A stretch of DNA of 64,000 bases. Source: Malacoraja senta (lineage: Eukaryota). Where the stretch lies: the NCBI GenBank assembly GCA_038087875.1, contig JAXLNO010000230.1, positions 62,001 through 126,000 on the forward strand, in the 5' to 3' direction. Below the pieces are notes generated by a model. It had not been told where the DNA came from. It saw only the letters and a list, made by a program, of their open reading frames with translations, and did not search any database. The position numbers were made by a program, and so were the translations under genes. Positions 51,021 to 63,400 of this stretch are shown one piece after another. Within the stretch, counting starts at the first letter, position 1, and the number at the start of each line of letters is the position of its first letter.

Positions 51021-51491
51021 ACTGGGAAAAAATTAATTCTAAAATTTTGGAAAGGCCCTATAACCCCCACAATTAAAATGTGGATTATAGAAATAACGGA
51101 GACCTTACACTTGGAAAAAATTAGACTTGTCCTGTTGGACAAACAAGAACTATTTGCTGGAATTTGCTGGAACATACAAGGTCTCCATTTATTGATTATC
51201 TAAAGGGTCAGAACGGTTCAGCACGAGAACCTGACTAGCACTCGAGCCAAGGAATAGATGAAATGTTATATTCTGAAATGTACGAATATATCTCGAATGA
51301 AGTTTTTTATCTTAGTAAGTTATTCCATTCTTCTTTATTATTTCTTTCTTTTTTTTTTCTTTGTTTCTTTTTTCTTCTTTTCTTTTCTCTCTTTTATTTC
51401 TTTATTTCATCTATCTTTTTAGTTCTATTTAGTTAAAAAATAAAAAAATAAAAGTATTGGAGACAATGTAATAATATTTTCAAAAAAAACA
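51021..51491 (+). mobile_element. L1 3' fragment in the Gypsy integrase (related to 12900-13668)
   Basis: KKLILKFWK..KMWIIEI..LHLEKIRLVL; A-rich tail; TSD AAACACTA (51013-51020 / 51492-51499). Confidence 0.88.
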
Positions 51492-52181
51492 AAACACTAT
51501 CTGATTCTTGACGACTCTTATTCGGGCTAGTTTGATATCGATCTACTTCAAACCATCACATCTGAAGCAGTTATCCAGAAGTTGCAACGCCATTTCTCCG
51601 TGCACGGCTCCCCTGCAAGCCTTCTATCCGACAATGGCAGTCAATTCACCAGCCAGCTTTTCAAAAACATTTGCACAACGATGGGACTTTCGACATATCA
51701 CCAGCAGCCCTGAGTTTCCGCAGTCCAACGGGGGACTCGCCGAACGAAGTGCAAAACAACTAATGGAGCGTTCTTACCTTGCTAAATCTGACGTCTACCT
51801 GGACCTGCTCAATTTAAGGAACATTGCCAGGGATTCCATACTGGGTTCCCCAGCCCAACGACTGATGTCTCGCCCTGATGCCTGTACCCCAGCAGCTTTT
51901 GCAGCCACAGGTTCGTTCTCCGCCTGTGCTCCAGAAACAACTACAATTCAAGCGCAATGCACAAAAATGTTGTTTCGACAAATCCAGTAAGCCACTTAAA
52001 CCTCTCTCCAGTGGACAGGTCGTTCGCCTCGAGACCAACAAGGGCTATGGCCGTCTGGGTCACATCCACAGCTCTGCCAAAGAACCATGCTCCTACCTGG
52101 TTAGAGCGGAGATAGAGATAACAGGCACAAAAAACAAATGTAAAAAAACAAAACCCGATAAACATGAACGGAGTAGGTAAG

Positions 52182-52379
52182 ACTCACTTCTTGACACCAT
52201 GTAATGAGTGGAGTTGTACACACATCAAAATACAACACATTTATTAAAGTCCACTTACAGCATTGGTCTGCAGAACGTTACAGTACCTAATAGACTGAAT
52301 TACGTAAGCAAGCTCTTAGTAATATAAATCGCATATTAGGCGGAGCAACTAATGGTTAATAGGAAATAATCAATCTACA
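52182..52379 (-). mobile_element. Gypsy 5' LTR (52379-52200, 180 bp) plus primer-binding site, inverted relative to pol
   Basis: Minus strand TGTA...AATAAA...TACA followed directly by TGGTGTCAAGAAGTGAGT (tRNA-Leu-like PBS). Confidence 0.78.
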
Positions 52380-52722
52380 CTGACCTGCTGAGTTCATCCA
52401 GCAGTTTGATTTTTGCTATAACTTGGCAGTGTTTTTTTTAATTTGGTGTTGGACTACTTAAAATAACATATCCTCTCATCACCTGACAACACAGAACATC
52501 TGTGATGGGAGATGCAAATTTGATATTTCAGTAAAATAATGCACTTCTGGTTCTTCACCTTTGTCAGAATGAATCTTTGGAACAAATCTCTCAGCAGGAC
52601 AAAAATGCTCACAAAATTAGTAGTAATCTTTGTTATCCTAAGTATGGCATTTCATAATTTTAGATTATACTACATTGAGAACACTATTCAAAATCATCTG
52701 TTTTTTTATGGTGGATATGATG

Positions 52723-53765
52723 TAGCAATGTTACAAAATTTTGAGATTTTAAAAATCAAGTCTGCAATTTATCCCATCAGATAAAGCATAAAAAGAAGTT
52801 TAATTTGACACCTAATTCACTTTCATATCTTCAGTATTAAAAATGTTATGGCCATTTTCATACTCGGCTATTAGCATATTGTTCCCTATTGCTTTTCCAT
52901 TGACTGAACACAAAAGCTGTGATCGAGGACAGTTAAAAGCCCATAACTTTCTTAAAAATTAAGAGAACTGAAATAAATTTTTAGTTACTATAGATTGAAG
53001 CATTCTGAAACAAATATGAAACAATCTTACTTGGATGAGCTGAAATTAAAGCATATAATTAGTTAGTTACCTAATTGTAGCTAATTACAAAATTCAATTA
53101 CTAGATCTAAACATCTATCCATTTCTTAAGAAAAGATTAACATTTTTAAATAGCCTAAGTGTCCAAATAACATTCACACAAGAATTCACAATATAACATG
53201 ATTTTTAAATCTCATTGTCCTGAATTTATAGGCCAAATGGAAGGAATTTAGTGTTTAATTCCCGTAAATTAATGGCCATTTTAATCATCTTGCAAGTGGG
53301 ATTTTGTGGAAAGCGATCGTTTGGAACGTTGCATTTGCGGTGAATTTAAACCCCATATCGGCAGGGAAAATACTGCCGGTTTGTATGGGGCCTAAATCAC
53401 CTTTTCGCAACGTAAAATTTGGATTAAGGTCATTCCAAGAAGCACGTTTATATGTAAAATAAACGGCTTTCCTTTAGCTGTCCCGTACCTGAAATCCGTC
53501 CCGGTTATCGGCGTTGACAGCATTAGAAGCTGATTTTTATTTTACTCCAGCGCTGAAATTGTCCAGCGATGTTTTAAAAAAAAATTCACAGACCGGCAGT
53601 TGGAACAATTCTTCCGCATTAGCTGCAGCCTGAGAAAATGAAACTCCGGCAGGCAGGAGAAAACCGCATTTTAACCCCCCCTCTCCCCTCAAAGGCGCCA
53701 AAGTCGCGCACACGGCCAGTGACAGAACTGCAGCGCCGCTGAAGGTAAGTTTTGTAACATACCTA
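52723..53765. mobile_element. Non-autonomous DNA transposon with a 7-bp TSD (possibly hATw-like)
   Basis: TIR TAG(CA/GT)ATGTTACAAAA; TATGATG on both sides; another terminus starts at ~63975. Confidence 0.75.
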
Positions 53766-54334
53766 TATGATGCATTGTGTTTCTGTTGATAGTCAGAACA
53801 TTTATCCAAAGGTAGAAATGTCAAAGACTAGTGTGTATAGCTTTAAGGTCTGAGGGGGAATGCTTAAAGGAGTTCCCTGGGCCAAGTTTTTTTAATACAC
53901 ATTGGAACGCCCAGCCAAGATAGGGGCGTGTCAGAGGCTTTTGGAAAGGCCCAAATTTGATAGAATTGGAGGGATATCGATCACGTGCGGGCAGAGGAGA
54001 TTAGTTTAATTTGACATGTTTACATGGTCATTGTGGGCCGAATAACATGTTCCTGTGTTGCATTTTTTTCATGTTTGTTGTATCGGAGTCAGGAGTTGGA
54101 ACATGATCATTTCAAGTGAGGTAACAGTGGAAAGTGTTAAATGAATTGCTCGAAATATGAGCTAAAACAGAGTAAAGCAATATGGTTTGTCAAAATGTCT
54201 ATAATTGATGTAACCTTTTTGTGTTGCCTTTCCCAATATCCTTGGCAGCGCATACCTTTTCAGTGAAGGATTACTCATGCTACTGTTTAATTTATTGGAA
54301 TACATACAATTAATTGGTAAAATATTTGTTACAG

Positions 54335-54438
54335 GTTTCTTTCCAAGTAGTTCCCAAGGGTGTGATGCTTTCCTACGTCACAAGATGACCCTTATATCAC
54401 CATCGATATTAAAGAAGTATGGGATTCCTTTTAACAAG
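54335..54438 (+). CDS. KDM4C: KDM4C exon, 104 nt (JmjC; Zn-ligand C and H)
   Basis: acag|GT...AAG|gtatta; [34 protein letters not shown]. Confidence 0.96.
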
Positions 54439-55380
54439 GTATTAAAATAAATATATATTTGTGGAGATAGTAGAAACAATTCATCTTTTTGTGAGAAATG
54501 TTATGTTTATTTCTACCTCTGTTATCTTGGAAATAGATAAACAGTGAATTCTAATTTGCTCTCTGTAAAGATGAGCTACCGTTTCTTAATAAGAATCATT
54601 TAATAAATAACTCGTACCCATGTCCAGTGGGAAATGTTTTTGATTTGTGTTAAATTAAGGATTTTGACAAAGGCAATTTCAAAATAAAATTCGGCTTAAA
54701 AGGCTTTTTTGAGCATTATATTTTTACATGGGCACATGGATATGCAACGAATGGAGGGATATGGATCATGAACATTTCTGTTCAAACTAAAAATATTTCA
54801 CAAAAAAGACCTACCGAAGTGTTTTGATCATCAACTTACACATCCCCTCAAAAAAAAGTGTTTGCACCACTGACATATTTTACTTGTCAATAAAAATTAC
54901 TGCAATCTGTATTTCAAAGATATTTATCACATCAGCTGAATTGTGTTTCTTGCTTTGAGTTGAAAGTCCTAACTGCAGAGATTTTGTGCATTAAATCTTG
55001 GGTGATTCTTCAGTCCAGCACTGAACGAATGCCATTCGGTCTGATGAGTTGTTGAAAGTATTCGCCAATCTGCTCTCCTGGATGGATATTAAAGAGATCG
55101 TTACAGTTTGTTGAAGAAAATTATGAAAGTTAACCCCAATGTCATGAACAGTTTTTATCATTTTTTTAAAAGTCATAGTCATATGGCATGGAAATAGACC
55201 CTTTGGTCCAACTTGTCCATGCCGGACAAGATGCCCCATCTAAGATTGTCTCACTTAACAGTGTTTAGCCCATATTCCTGTAAACGTTCTCATCCGTGCA
55301 CCTGAGCCTGTGTCTTCAAAATGCCTCAAACCTTATCAGTTACTTAACGGCAACAATGTAAACTGTTAACCTGGCCATTA

Positions 55381-55952
55381 AAGGCCTGTCTCACGAGTCT
55401 GCGGTCATTGGCGGTGATACAGGAAGTATCTACCGCTCGTGGACCGTCAGAGACCGCGGGTTCGGTCAAACGACCACCGCCGGGGCCGTGCGGCGTTTGC
55501 CCCAACACCGCACGGTGCTAAAAAAAGGTCAGCACTGTTCAAAAATAATTTCTTACCGCACAGCCACCGCCAGTGAGGCACAAGTGCGGCACGGTCACCG
55601 CCACAGCCGCCGCCAGTGAGGCATGAGCGCCGTGAGTCGAACTCTCACCGCCACAGCTACCGCCAGTGAGGCACGTGTGCGGCACGGCCGCCGCCACAGC
55701 CGCAGCCAGTGAGGCAGGTGTGCGGCACGGCCGCCGCCACAGCCCCGCGATCCGAAAGACGTCATCGCGTAGCGCGTCGCGTTGCGCGATGACGTAATCA
55801 CCCGACGCCGCAAGCTCGTGGAACCGGCCGTACGGAGATCACTCGGCCCCCGCGCAGCATCCGCGCGGCGCTCTCGCGGTTGACGTGCGGTCCCCTCTAC
55901 CGGCGACGCCGTGCTTCACCGCCAATGACCGCAACACCGTGAGACAGAGCCT
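55381..55952. mobile_element. PIF/Harbinger-type MITE, CpG-rich, with ~40-bp internal repeats
   Basis: TIR AGGCCTGTCTCACG..TGCGGTCATTGGCGGTGA; TWA flanks; 4 copies of CCGCCACAGCCGCCGCCAGTGAGGCA. Confidence 0.8.
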
Positions 55953-56496
55953 TTACCTCGTGGTTCCTTGTTGCGCAAAATTAAGAAAAAATTGCAGTAT
56001 TTCCTACATTATAACAGTGATCTCACAGGAAATATCTACCCAAACTGCTTTTTGGTTGTAAAAGAGGCTATGAAAAGGCAAGCATTTTACTTCTCAAGTC
56101 ATGGACCTGTTAGTCTCATTGGTCAGTTTTGCTGGATACACCATACATTAGAAGTACTCTTCAAAATGGACTTTGCTGCAAGTGGATTATATTGTTGAAT
56201 TATTTTCTCCTTCTAATATAGAGACAGATTATTGGACAGTCCTTTGGTAACAACAGCCCATTTCCATTTTGCTCATTTTGTTCCTCCTCAGCTATATGCT
56301 GGTCGGCATTCTTTTTGTAATAAAAGTATACAAATTTAAAAAATAATATTCATATTCTGTGTTCTTGTAAGTAAAATTGGCCAATTACTCATAGTTTTAT
56401 CTTCTCTTTAGATGTTCATTAATCATTTCCCGTTATCCCAGAATAGCATTTGAAAACCATAAACATACCAATGCTTGTATATCAAAGCATTATTTT

Positions 56497-57480
56497 GTCT
56501 CCCTGGTGCCCCACAGCTCTGCTCTTGCTTTCCCTCCCCCAGTTGCAACAGGGACAGAGTCTCCCTAGTCCTCACCTTTCACCCCATCAGTAATCACATG
56601 CAGCACCTAATCCCCCGACATTTTTGCCACCTCCAACGGGATCCCACCACTAGTCACATCTTCCCATCTCCTCTCCGCTTTCCGCAGACACCGTTCCCTC
56701 CGCAACTCCCTGGTTAACTCATCCTTTCCCTCCCAAACCACCCCCTCCCTAGGTACATTCCCCTGACACTGCAAGAGATGCAACACCTGTCCATTTACCT
56801 CCTCCCTCGACTATGTCCAGGGACCCCGACGGTCCTTTCAGGTGAGGCAGGTTCACTTGCATCTCCTCCAACCTCATCTACTGTATCTGCTGTTCCAGGT
56901 GTGGACTCCTATATATCGGCGTGACCAAGCACAGACTGGGCGATCGTTTCGCTCAACACCTTTGCTCAGTTCGCCTTGGCCTAGGCGATCGCCCGGTTGC
57001 CAAACATTTTAACTCCTCTCCCCATTCCCACATTGATCTTTCTGTCCTGGGCCTCCTCCATTGTCAGAGTGAGGCCAAACGCACATTGGAGGAACAGTAC
57101 CTTCTTTTTCGCTTGGGCAGCTTACAACCCAGTGGTATGAATATTGATTTATCTAACTTCAAGTAACCCTTGTAACCCCTCTCTCCCTCTGTCCCTCCAC
57201 CCACCCTAGTCATCATCCTGCTGAGTTTCACTGTTTGTATCACATGTTATCACCTTCCCCATAGCCAACAATGGACCATTGTCAGCTCCACCTTTCCTTG
57301 ATCATCATTACATTTTGCATATCTTTCATTCATTTGTTATATGGTCTTTCTATATTTTCTGTTTCCCTCTCCACTGACTCAGTTGAAAGAAGGGTGTGGA
57401 CCTGAAACATCACCAATTCCTTTACTCCAGAGATGCTGCCTGACCCGCTGAGTTACTCCATCTTTTTGCGTCTTATCATT
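56497..57480 (+). mobile_element. Penelope-like 3' fragment (GIY-YIG)
   Basis: RDRVSLVLTFHP; LYIGVTKHRLGDRFAQHL; GSLQPSGMNI; terminal repeat. Confidence 0.88.
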
Positions 57481-57734
57481 TTGTAACATCTGGTTGTCAT
57501 TGAAATATCTCAAAATCAGTATGGGAGTGCAAATTTCCAGAGATGTTGCACTGCATATATATAACAAAATTTGTCAATGTGACAATAAATTTCTCGTTTT
57601 TTTCAAATTTAAAATAGTTGTTTTCCTCTTGAATCTTCTCAATTGACCATCAGTATTGGAAGTATATTATAACTCCTAAAATGTAATTTTATGGTTATTC
57701 AGATTTAAGGTATAATGTGCTTATTTATGTGCAG

Positions 57735-57872
57735 GTAACACAAGAAGCAGGACAATTCATGGTCACTTTTCCCTATGGTTACCATGCTGGCTTCAATCAT
57801 GGATTCAACTGTGCTGAGTCAACAAACTTTGCTACCATTAGATGGGTGGATTATGGAAAAATTGCTAAACAA
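57735..57872 (+). CDS. KDM4C: KDM4C exon, 138 nt (JmjC C-terminus with distal Fe-binding His)
   Basis: gcag|GTA...CAA|gtaagt; [46 protein letters not shown]. Confidence 0.97.
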
Positions 57873-58080
57873 GTAAGTGACAGCAAAGAATGAAAGTATA
57901 GTAAGCATTTTTTAATATTTCAAAGTAACTGGGGTGGGTATGACACCCTGTTCTCCGTATTAACCAGGTTCATTATTCTATGATAGCTTGTGATGAGAAA
58001 AAATAGTTTATATGAAAGATATACATCCTAACTTTAACCTTTGTTTCACTCTTTCAAACCCTCTATTACTAAATGAGTGG

Positions 58081-58310
58081 GAGACCCAGGTTCGATCCTG
58101 ACTGTGTGTGCTGTCTGTGTGGTGTTTGCATGTTCCCCATCTGTGTGGGTTTCCTCTGGGTGCTCTGATTTCCTCCCACATCACAAAGATGTGCGGGTTT
58201 GTAGTTAATTGGCCTCTGTAAAATTGCCCCTAATGTTTAGGCAGTGGATGAGAGTGTGGGAAAATATAGAACTAGTGTGAGGGGATGATTGATGGTCATA
58301 ATGGACTCAG
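58081..58310 (+). mobile_element. HE1-like V-SINE (5' truncated)
   Basis: GGTTCGATCC B box + V-domain. Confidence 0.8.
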
Positions 58311-59574
58311 ACCAGCACATTGGATGTAATTTCTGTTTATGCAACACACTTTCAATTTTATTTAAGGTGTCACAGCATTATACTAAACTTTCCACCAAAT
58401 CAGGTAAGTTGAATTGGTAAATGGGAACTGGTATGAGGTGAGCGGAAAAGGAGTGTGTGAACCATGTTTCTCGTGCATGGAAGGGAGTGTCAGAATAAGG
58501 CACCAGCAAGTGGAAAAGGCGCATGGGTGCTCAGGCCCCAGTGATTGGGAAGGAAGAACAGTAAACTGTACCTGGTGAGGCAGATGATGAACCATTGAGA
58601 TTTCAAATCTTCAGATAGTGGATTATTGGACTTTGTACTTTCAGTTGGTACAGTTCAGTTTAGTTAATTGTCACGTGTACCGAGGTACAGTGAAAAACTT
58701 TTGGTGCGTGCTAACCAGACAATGCATGATTACAATTGATCCATTTACAATGTATGGATACGTGATAAGGGAATAACGTGTAGTGCAAGGTAACGCCAGC
58801 AAAGTCCGATCAAGGATAGTCCGAGGGTCCCCAAGGAGGTAGTTAGATTGGGCAGAATAGACATAGATGAACCAGGTTGGTTTGTAGCAATCCATTACTT
58901 TTAAGATTTGTCATTTTATGATGGGATTTAAATGCCCCTGTTTCTCTGGCAGGTTTTAGAATACTGGATCAATAATCTAGGCCTCTTGGATACAGCAACT
59001 TAATCATTACACTAGGTTTGGGATTGGGGTTTCTTTGATGATGGCAAAGCAATATTAATGTAAGAATAATATATCATGTGTAATCTTTGTACACAGAACA
59101 TGGAGATGAGTTTTATTTTCGTTTCCATTTGATTAAGTTTGCTTTTATAAAGTGATGAAGATAAGGAGCCCAGAACAGGAAATGACTGCACTGCCAGATG
59201 CAGCTCACTGTAAAGCATATCAGTAAATGACAAAAACAAAAGCATGAATGTATGGTCATGTATGTTGAATTTTAAATTCAATTAATTCTCTACCATTGAG
59301 AGGGATTTGTATCCCCGGCTGTAGTGGGAAAAGTAATTGAGTTGGAAACCAAAGCATTGTACATGGATATACCATGTATATGTTATGTATTTACAACATG
59401 CATGCATCGATGAGTTAATACTATTTGGTGATGAGGGGATGAAAAGATAAATGAGTGATTCAGAGGTAATTTTCAAAGTTGCTAAGTGAGATTTGTTGGA
59501 ATTGTTTCTGCATGCAGAATATTATACCCAATATAAAGCAGAACAGGTAAACCATTCCGCATTAAAAAAAAAAG

Positions 59575-59830
59575 ACACACAGTGCTGGAGTAACCCAGCG
59601 GGTCAGGAAGCATCTCTGGAGAATACGGATAGGTGACATTTTGGGCCGGGACCCTTTTTTCGGACTGATTGTGGTGGTGGGGAGTGGGGAAAGCTGGAAG
59701 AGAGGGGCAGGATAAAGCTTGGCAAGTAATAGGTGGATACAGATGAGGTGGTTTTGATAGGCAGATGGTTGGACAGAGGTAAAAAGACAAGGTGTGAGAC
59801 AAAAGGATTGAAGAGTTGTAAATTGTGAAG
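59575..59830 (-). mobile_element. Penelope terminal-repeat fragment
   Basis: Reverse complement of the terminus seen at 7800-7925. Confidence 0.7.
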
Positions 59831-60214
59831 CTAAACTAGTAGCTAAAAGACCTGTATTTTCACCTTTGACCTCAGAAATAAAGCGATTAGATATTTAAAA
59901 CAAGTTCCAACTGCACCTAAAGCAATTATTTTCTAACTATAAAGTAAAAATTGCTTTCCATGCATCTTTGTGTGATTTCTTTTTGGTTCGATGGATAATT
60001 GTATCTGTCACTACTGCTGTATTGATTTTCCTGTCATTTTGAGGCTTTCTGCATTAAGGCTATTCGATATTATCATCATTCAGGCTTTATTTTATTGTGG
60101 AAAAAGTGCCAACAGAAGATGTTAGCACAAAGTCTATTTCAGATTTCATATAACTCTTTTAAACAAATACTATATAGGGTAGAATTTGCTGTCACTTGTA
60201 GTTGGTATTAGTAT

Positions 60215-61400
60215 TGGATTATTATTATCACGCGTGCTGAGATACAATGAAAAATATTGTTTTGTGTGCTATCCAGGCAGATCATATTACACATGACTAC
60301 ATCAGTAGTGCAAAATAAAAAATAAACAGAAAATAAAATAGAATAAAGGCTGCAGTGAGGTAGATTGGAAGTGGGAATTCATCTGGCTTATGAGAGGTCT
60401 GTTCAAGAGTCTCATAACAGTGAGGAAGAAGCTTTTAGAGTCATCGAGTCATATAGGGTAGGTCTAGGCCCGTCAGCCAAACTTGCCCACAATGACCAAC
60501 ATGTCCCATCTACACTAGTCCCTCCTGCCTGTGTTTGGCTCATATCCCTCTAAAAATATCCTATCCATGTACCTGTCTAAATGTTTCTTAAACATTGTGA
60601 TAGTACCTGCCTCATCTACCTCTCCCGGCAGTTCGTTCTATACACCCACCAAGCTTTGTGTGAAAAGGTTACCTCTTGGGTTCCTATCATCTTTCCCTCC
60701 TCATCTTAAATCTATGTCCTCTGGTTCCTGATTCCCCTACTCTGATAGGGGAATCAGATACTCTGATACTCTGCATTTACCCAATCTATATCTGTTCTTG
60801 GATCTGGTGGTTCAAACTTTCAAGCGTTTGTCTCTTCTGTCCAGCATAAGAGGAGAGAAGAGAGATTGATCGGGATGTGAGTGATACTTGACTATGTTAG
60901 CTGCTTTCCCTAGACAGCATAAAGTGTAGATGGAGTTGCTGGTTTGCGAGATGGTGATGGATGAAGCTTTGTTCAGAACTCTTTGTAATTTATTGCGGTC
61001 TTGAGCAGAGCAATTGTTGTTAAAGCTGTGATGCATCTAGATGGGATGCATTAGTTTAGTTTAGAGATACAGCACGGAAACAGGCTCTCCATCCCACTGG
61101 GTCAGCTCCGACCAGTGATCCCCGCATATTAACACTATCCTACACACACTAGGGACAATGTTTACATTTACCAAGCCAATTAACCTACAAGCCTGTACGT
61201 CTTTGAGGTGTGGGAGGAAACTGAAGATCTTGGAGAAAACTCACGCAAGGAGAACATTCACGGGGAGAACGTACAAACTCCGTGCAGACAAAGATGCACT
61301 CTTTGTGCATTTGTGAAAATTGGTAAGAGTCATTGGAGACATGCTGAATTTCTGTAGCCTGAGGAAGTCGAGGCTTTGTTTGCTTTTTGGCTATAGGCAA
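60215..61400 (-). mobile_element. Nested cluster: Rex1/Babar 3' remnant containing CR1 (60440-60790) and an HE1-like SINE (61051-61290)
   Basis: NCSAQDRNKLQRV..CCLGKAANIVK; CR1 tail; V-domain with (TTAGT)n tail. Confidence 0.7.
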
Positions 61401-62744
61401 GTTGAATTGGCCATGATCCTGTATGTTGAATTTCTGTGGGATTTTTCAACTGGAAGTTCCCATTAGCCAATTAACGTAGTACATTATGTACAAATCATCT
61501 AACATCTATGTTGAAAACCAGTAAGATTGAAGATTTGTTATATGGCAACAAAATTCAAACTGAGAAGGGTCAATTGGATTACTTTAATTGCCTGAGAAAT
61601 TGTTTGGCAGTAATGTTGCTTTTCATGCCATTAAAGGGGTAATTGTACTGGAATGATCAAGTCATAACTTGTTCCAATGTACTAATTAGGAGAATAGAGG
61701 AATCTACATTTTGTGAGATAACATCCTTAGATCTCTGAAGACATCACAAGGCACCCAGACAGAATTCTGTGAAAAAATGGAGAAACATCCAGCTGTGGCC
61801 AAATATTGCAGGTCCTGCTAAGGTAGTATTTGGAGTTGAGAAAGTAGGTCTTCAATCTACTGCACTAAGTTTTAGCATTCTTCTAGCATTCTCAATTATT
61901 ATCTTAACTTGATAATTTAACATTAAAATTGAGTAGAGGTTATTTTTACTTGTTTCTGAGAAGAACTGAGTAAATTGGGAACAATTACTCTTAAGGGCAC
62001 TTAATTACTCTTAAGTTTTTGTAAAGTATTGCCCAAGCTATTTAATTGGCATACGAATAAACAGCTAAGAAGTACATCCTGTTGTTGACAGTGCCCTGAA
62101 GATAGCACACCCTATTGGGGGCTACAACATGAGCTGCAACAACTGTCCTTTTCTGTATTAACTACCATCTGCAGTTCTTTGTTTCAACTACATACAATGA
62201 TAATACCTTGCTCAGTTATAACGGACAATCGGCAATAATGGACATCATTCCTCCCCTCCCCACTCCCATGGTCCGTTATAACAAAGGTTTTACGGTATGG
62301 CTAGATGGTTCTTGTGGAGAAGAGGGATTGCTTATCATGGTTCAATGTTATTAATGTAGGATAATAAAGAGTTTTATCAGTGGGATGGATGCAGTCTGAA
62401 CCAGGTTGACTGGTGTCCCATCAGAAAGGATAGATAAGTGGCATAGTCTTTAAACTAATAAATCTGAAATAAACTATAATAAATGTGAAAAGAGATACAA
62501 AATAATTATTGGAATGGTAAACACTGGTAAAATAGAAAGATATGCAAGTAAAAATCAACTAAATTGTCCATACTCCATTGTAGATAATAAAACAGGGGGG
62601 AATTGGATACAGTAGTAGATTTTGAGGATATACTGCTGTATACTTACCACTGGAAATTAAATATTGTACCAGAATGCAATGTCTGTTTGTGGTGCTTCAT
62701 GGAGTTTACTTCAAATGTTGCATTTTTGCAAGTCAAACCAGGGC

Positions 62745-63400
62745 AGGATCTTCACAGTGAACGGTGGGGTCTGGGGGAGTGTTGTCGAGCAGGGGGATCT
62801 AGGAGTACAAGTACATAGTTCTCTGAAAAGTGTTAGATAGGGTGCTGTTAGATAGGGTGGTGAAGAAGGCTTTTAGCCCATTGGCCTTCATCAGTCAGGG
62901 AATTAAGTATAGAAGCTGGGACATTATGTTACAGGCATACAAGACACTGATGAGGCTGTGGTTGGAATATTGTTACCAGCTTTGGTTGCCCTATTATAGG
63001 AAGGATGTCATTAAGCTAGAAAAAGTCCAGAAAAGATTTACAAGGACTTTGCAAGGATTTGAAGGCCTGAACCATACGGAGAGGGTGGGTAAGCTAGGAC
63101 TTTACTCCTTGGAGCTCAAGAGATTATGGGAGGAACTTAAAGATGCGTATAAAATCTTGAGGGGAACAGGTAGGGTAAATGCACGGTCTTTTTTTAATCA
63201 GGATAGGAGAATCAAGAACTAGAAAGGAAAAGATTTAATTGGAGCCTAAGGGGCAACTTCACACAGAGCATGGTAAGTAGGAAAGATTTAGAGGGATGTG
63301 GGCCAACCACAAGTAGGTGGGACCATCTTAGATGGGGCATCTGGGTCAGCATGGACGAGATGGGCTGCAGGGCCCGTTTCCTTGTTCTTATGGCTCTGCT
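62745..63400 (+). mobile_element. Degraded CR1 3' fragment
   Basis: KKAFSPLAFISQGIKYRSW..LEKVQKRFTR. Confidence 0.85.

Larger units (their letters stand above)
48020..52120 (+). mobile_element. Gypsy/Ty3 pol pseudogene (protease end, RT, RNase H, integrase) with nested inserts
   Basis: WVSTMVV, RPHYAMRTVEEV, IIVDDILV, YASRTLTDTEQRYAQIEK, ETDHQPL, PWSTVATDIF, SDNGSQF, SSPEFPQSNG; many stops and frameshifts. Confidence 0.93.

Noticed and set aside
47804..52601. Flanking ~216-bp direct repeats as the Gypsy LTRs
   Set aside because: No TG..CA ends, PBS or PPT; they start inside a different repeat, and a proper LTR+PBS is present separately on the minus strand.
62203..62297. Small Tigger/mariner-like MITE (GTTATAACGGAC / GTCCGTTATAAC)
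   Set aside because: Plausible, but the left terminus is too degraded to delimit or classify.
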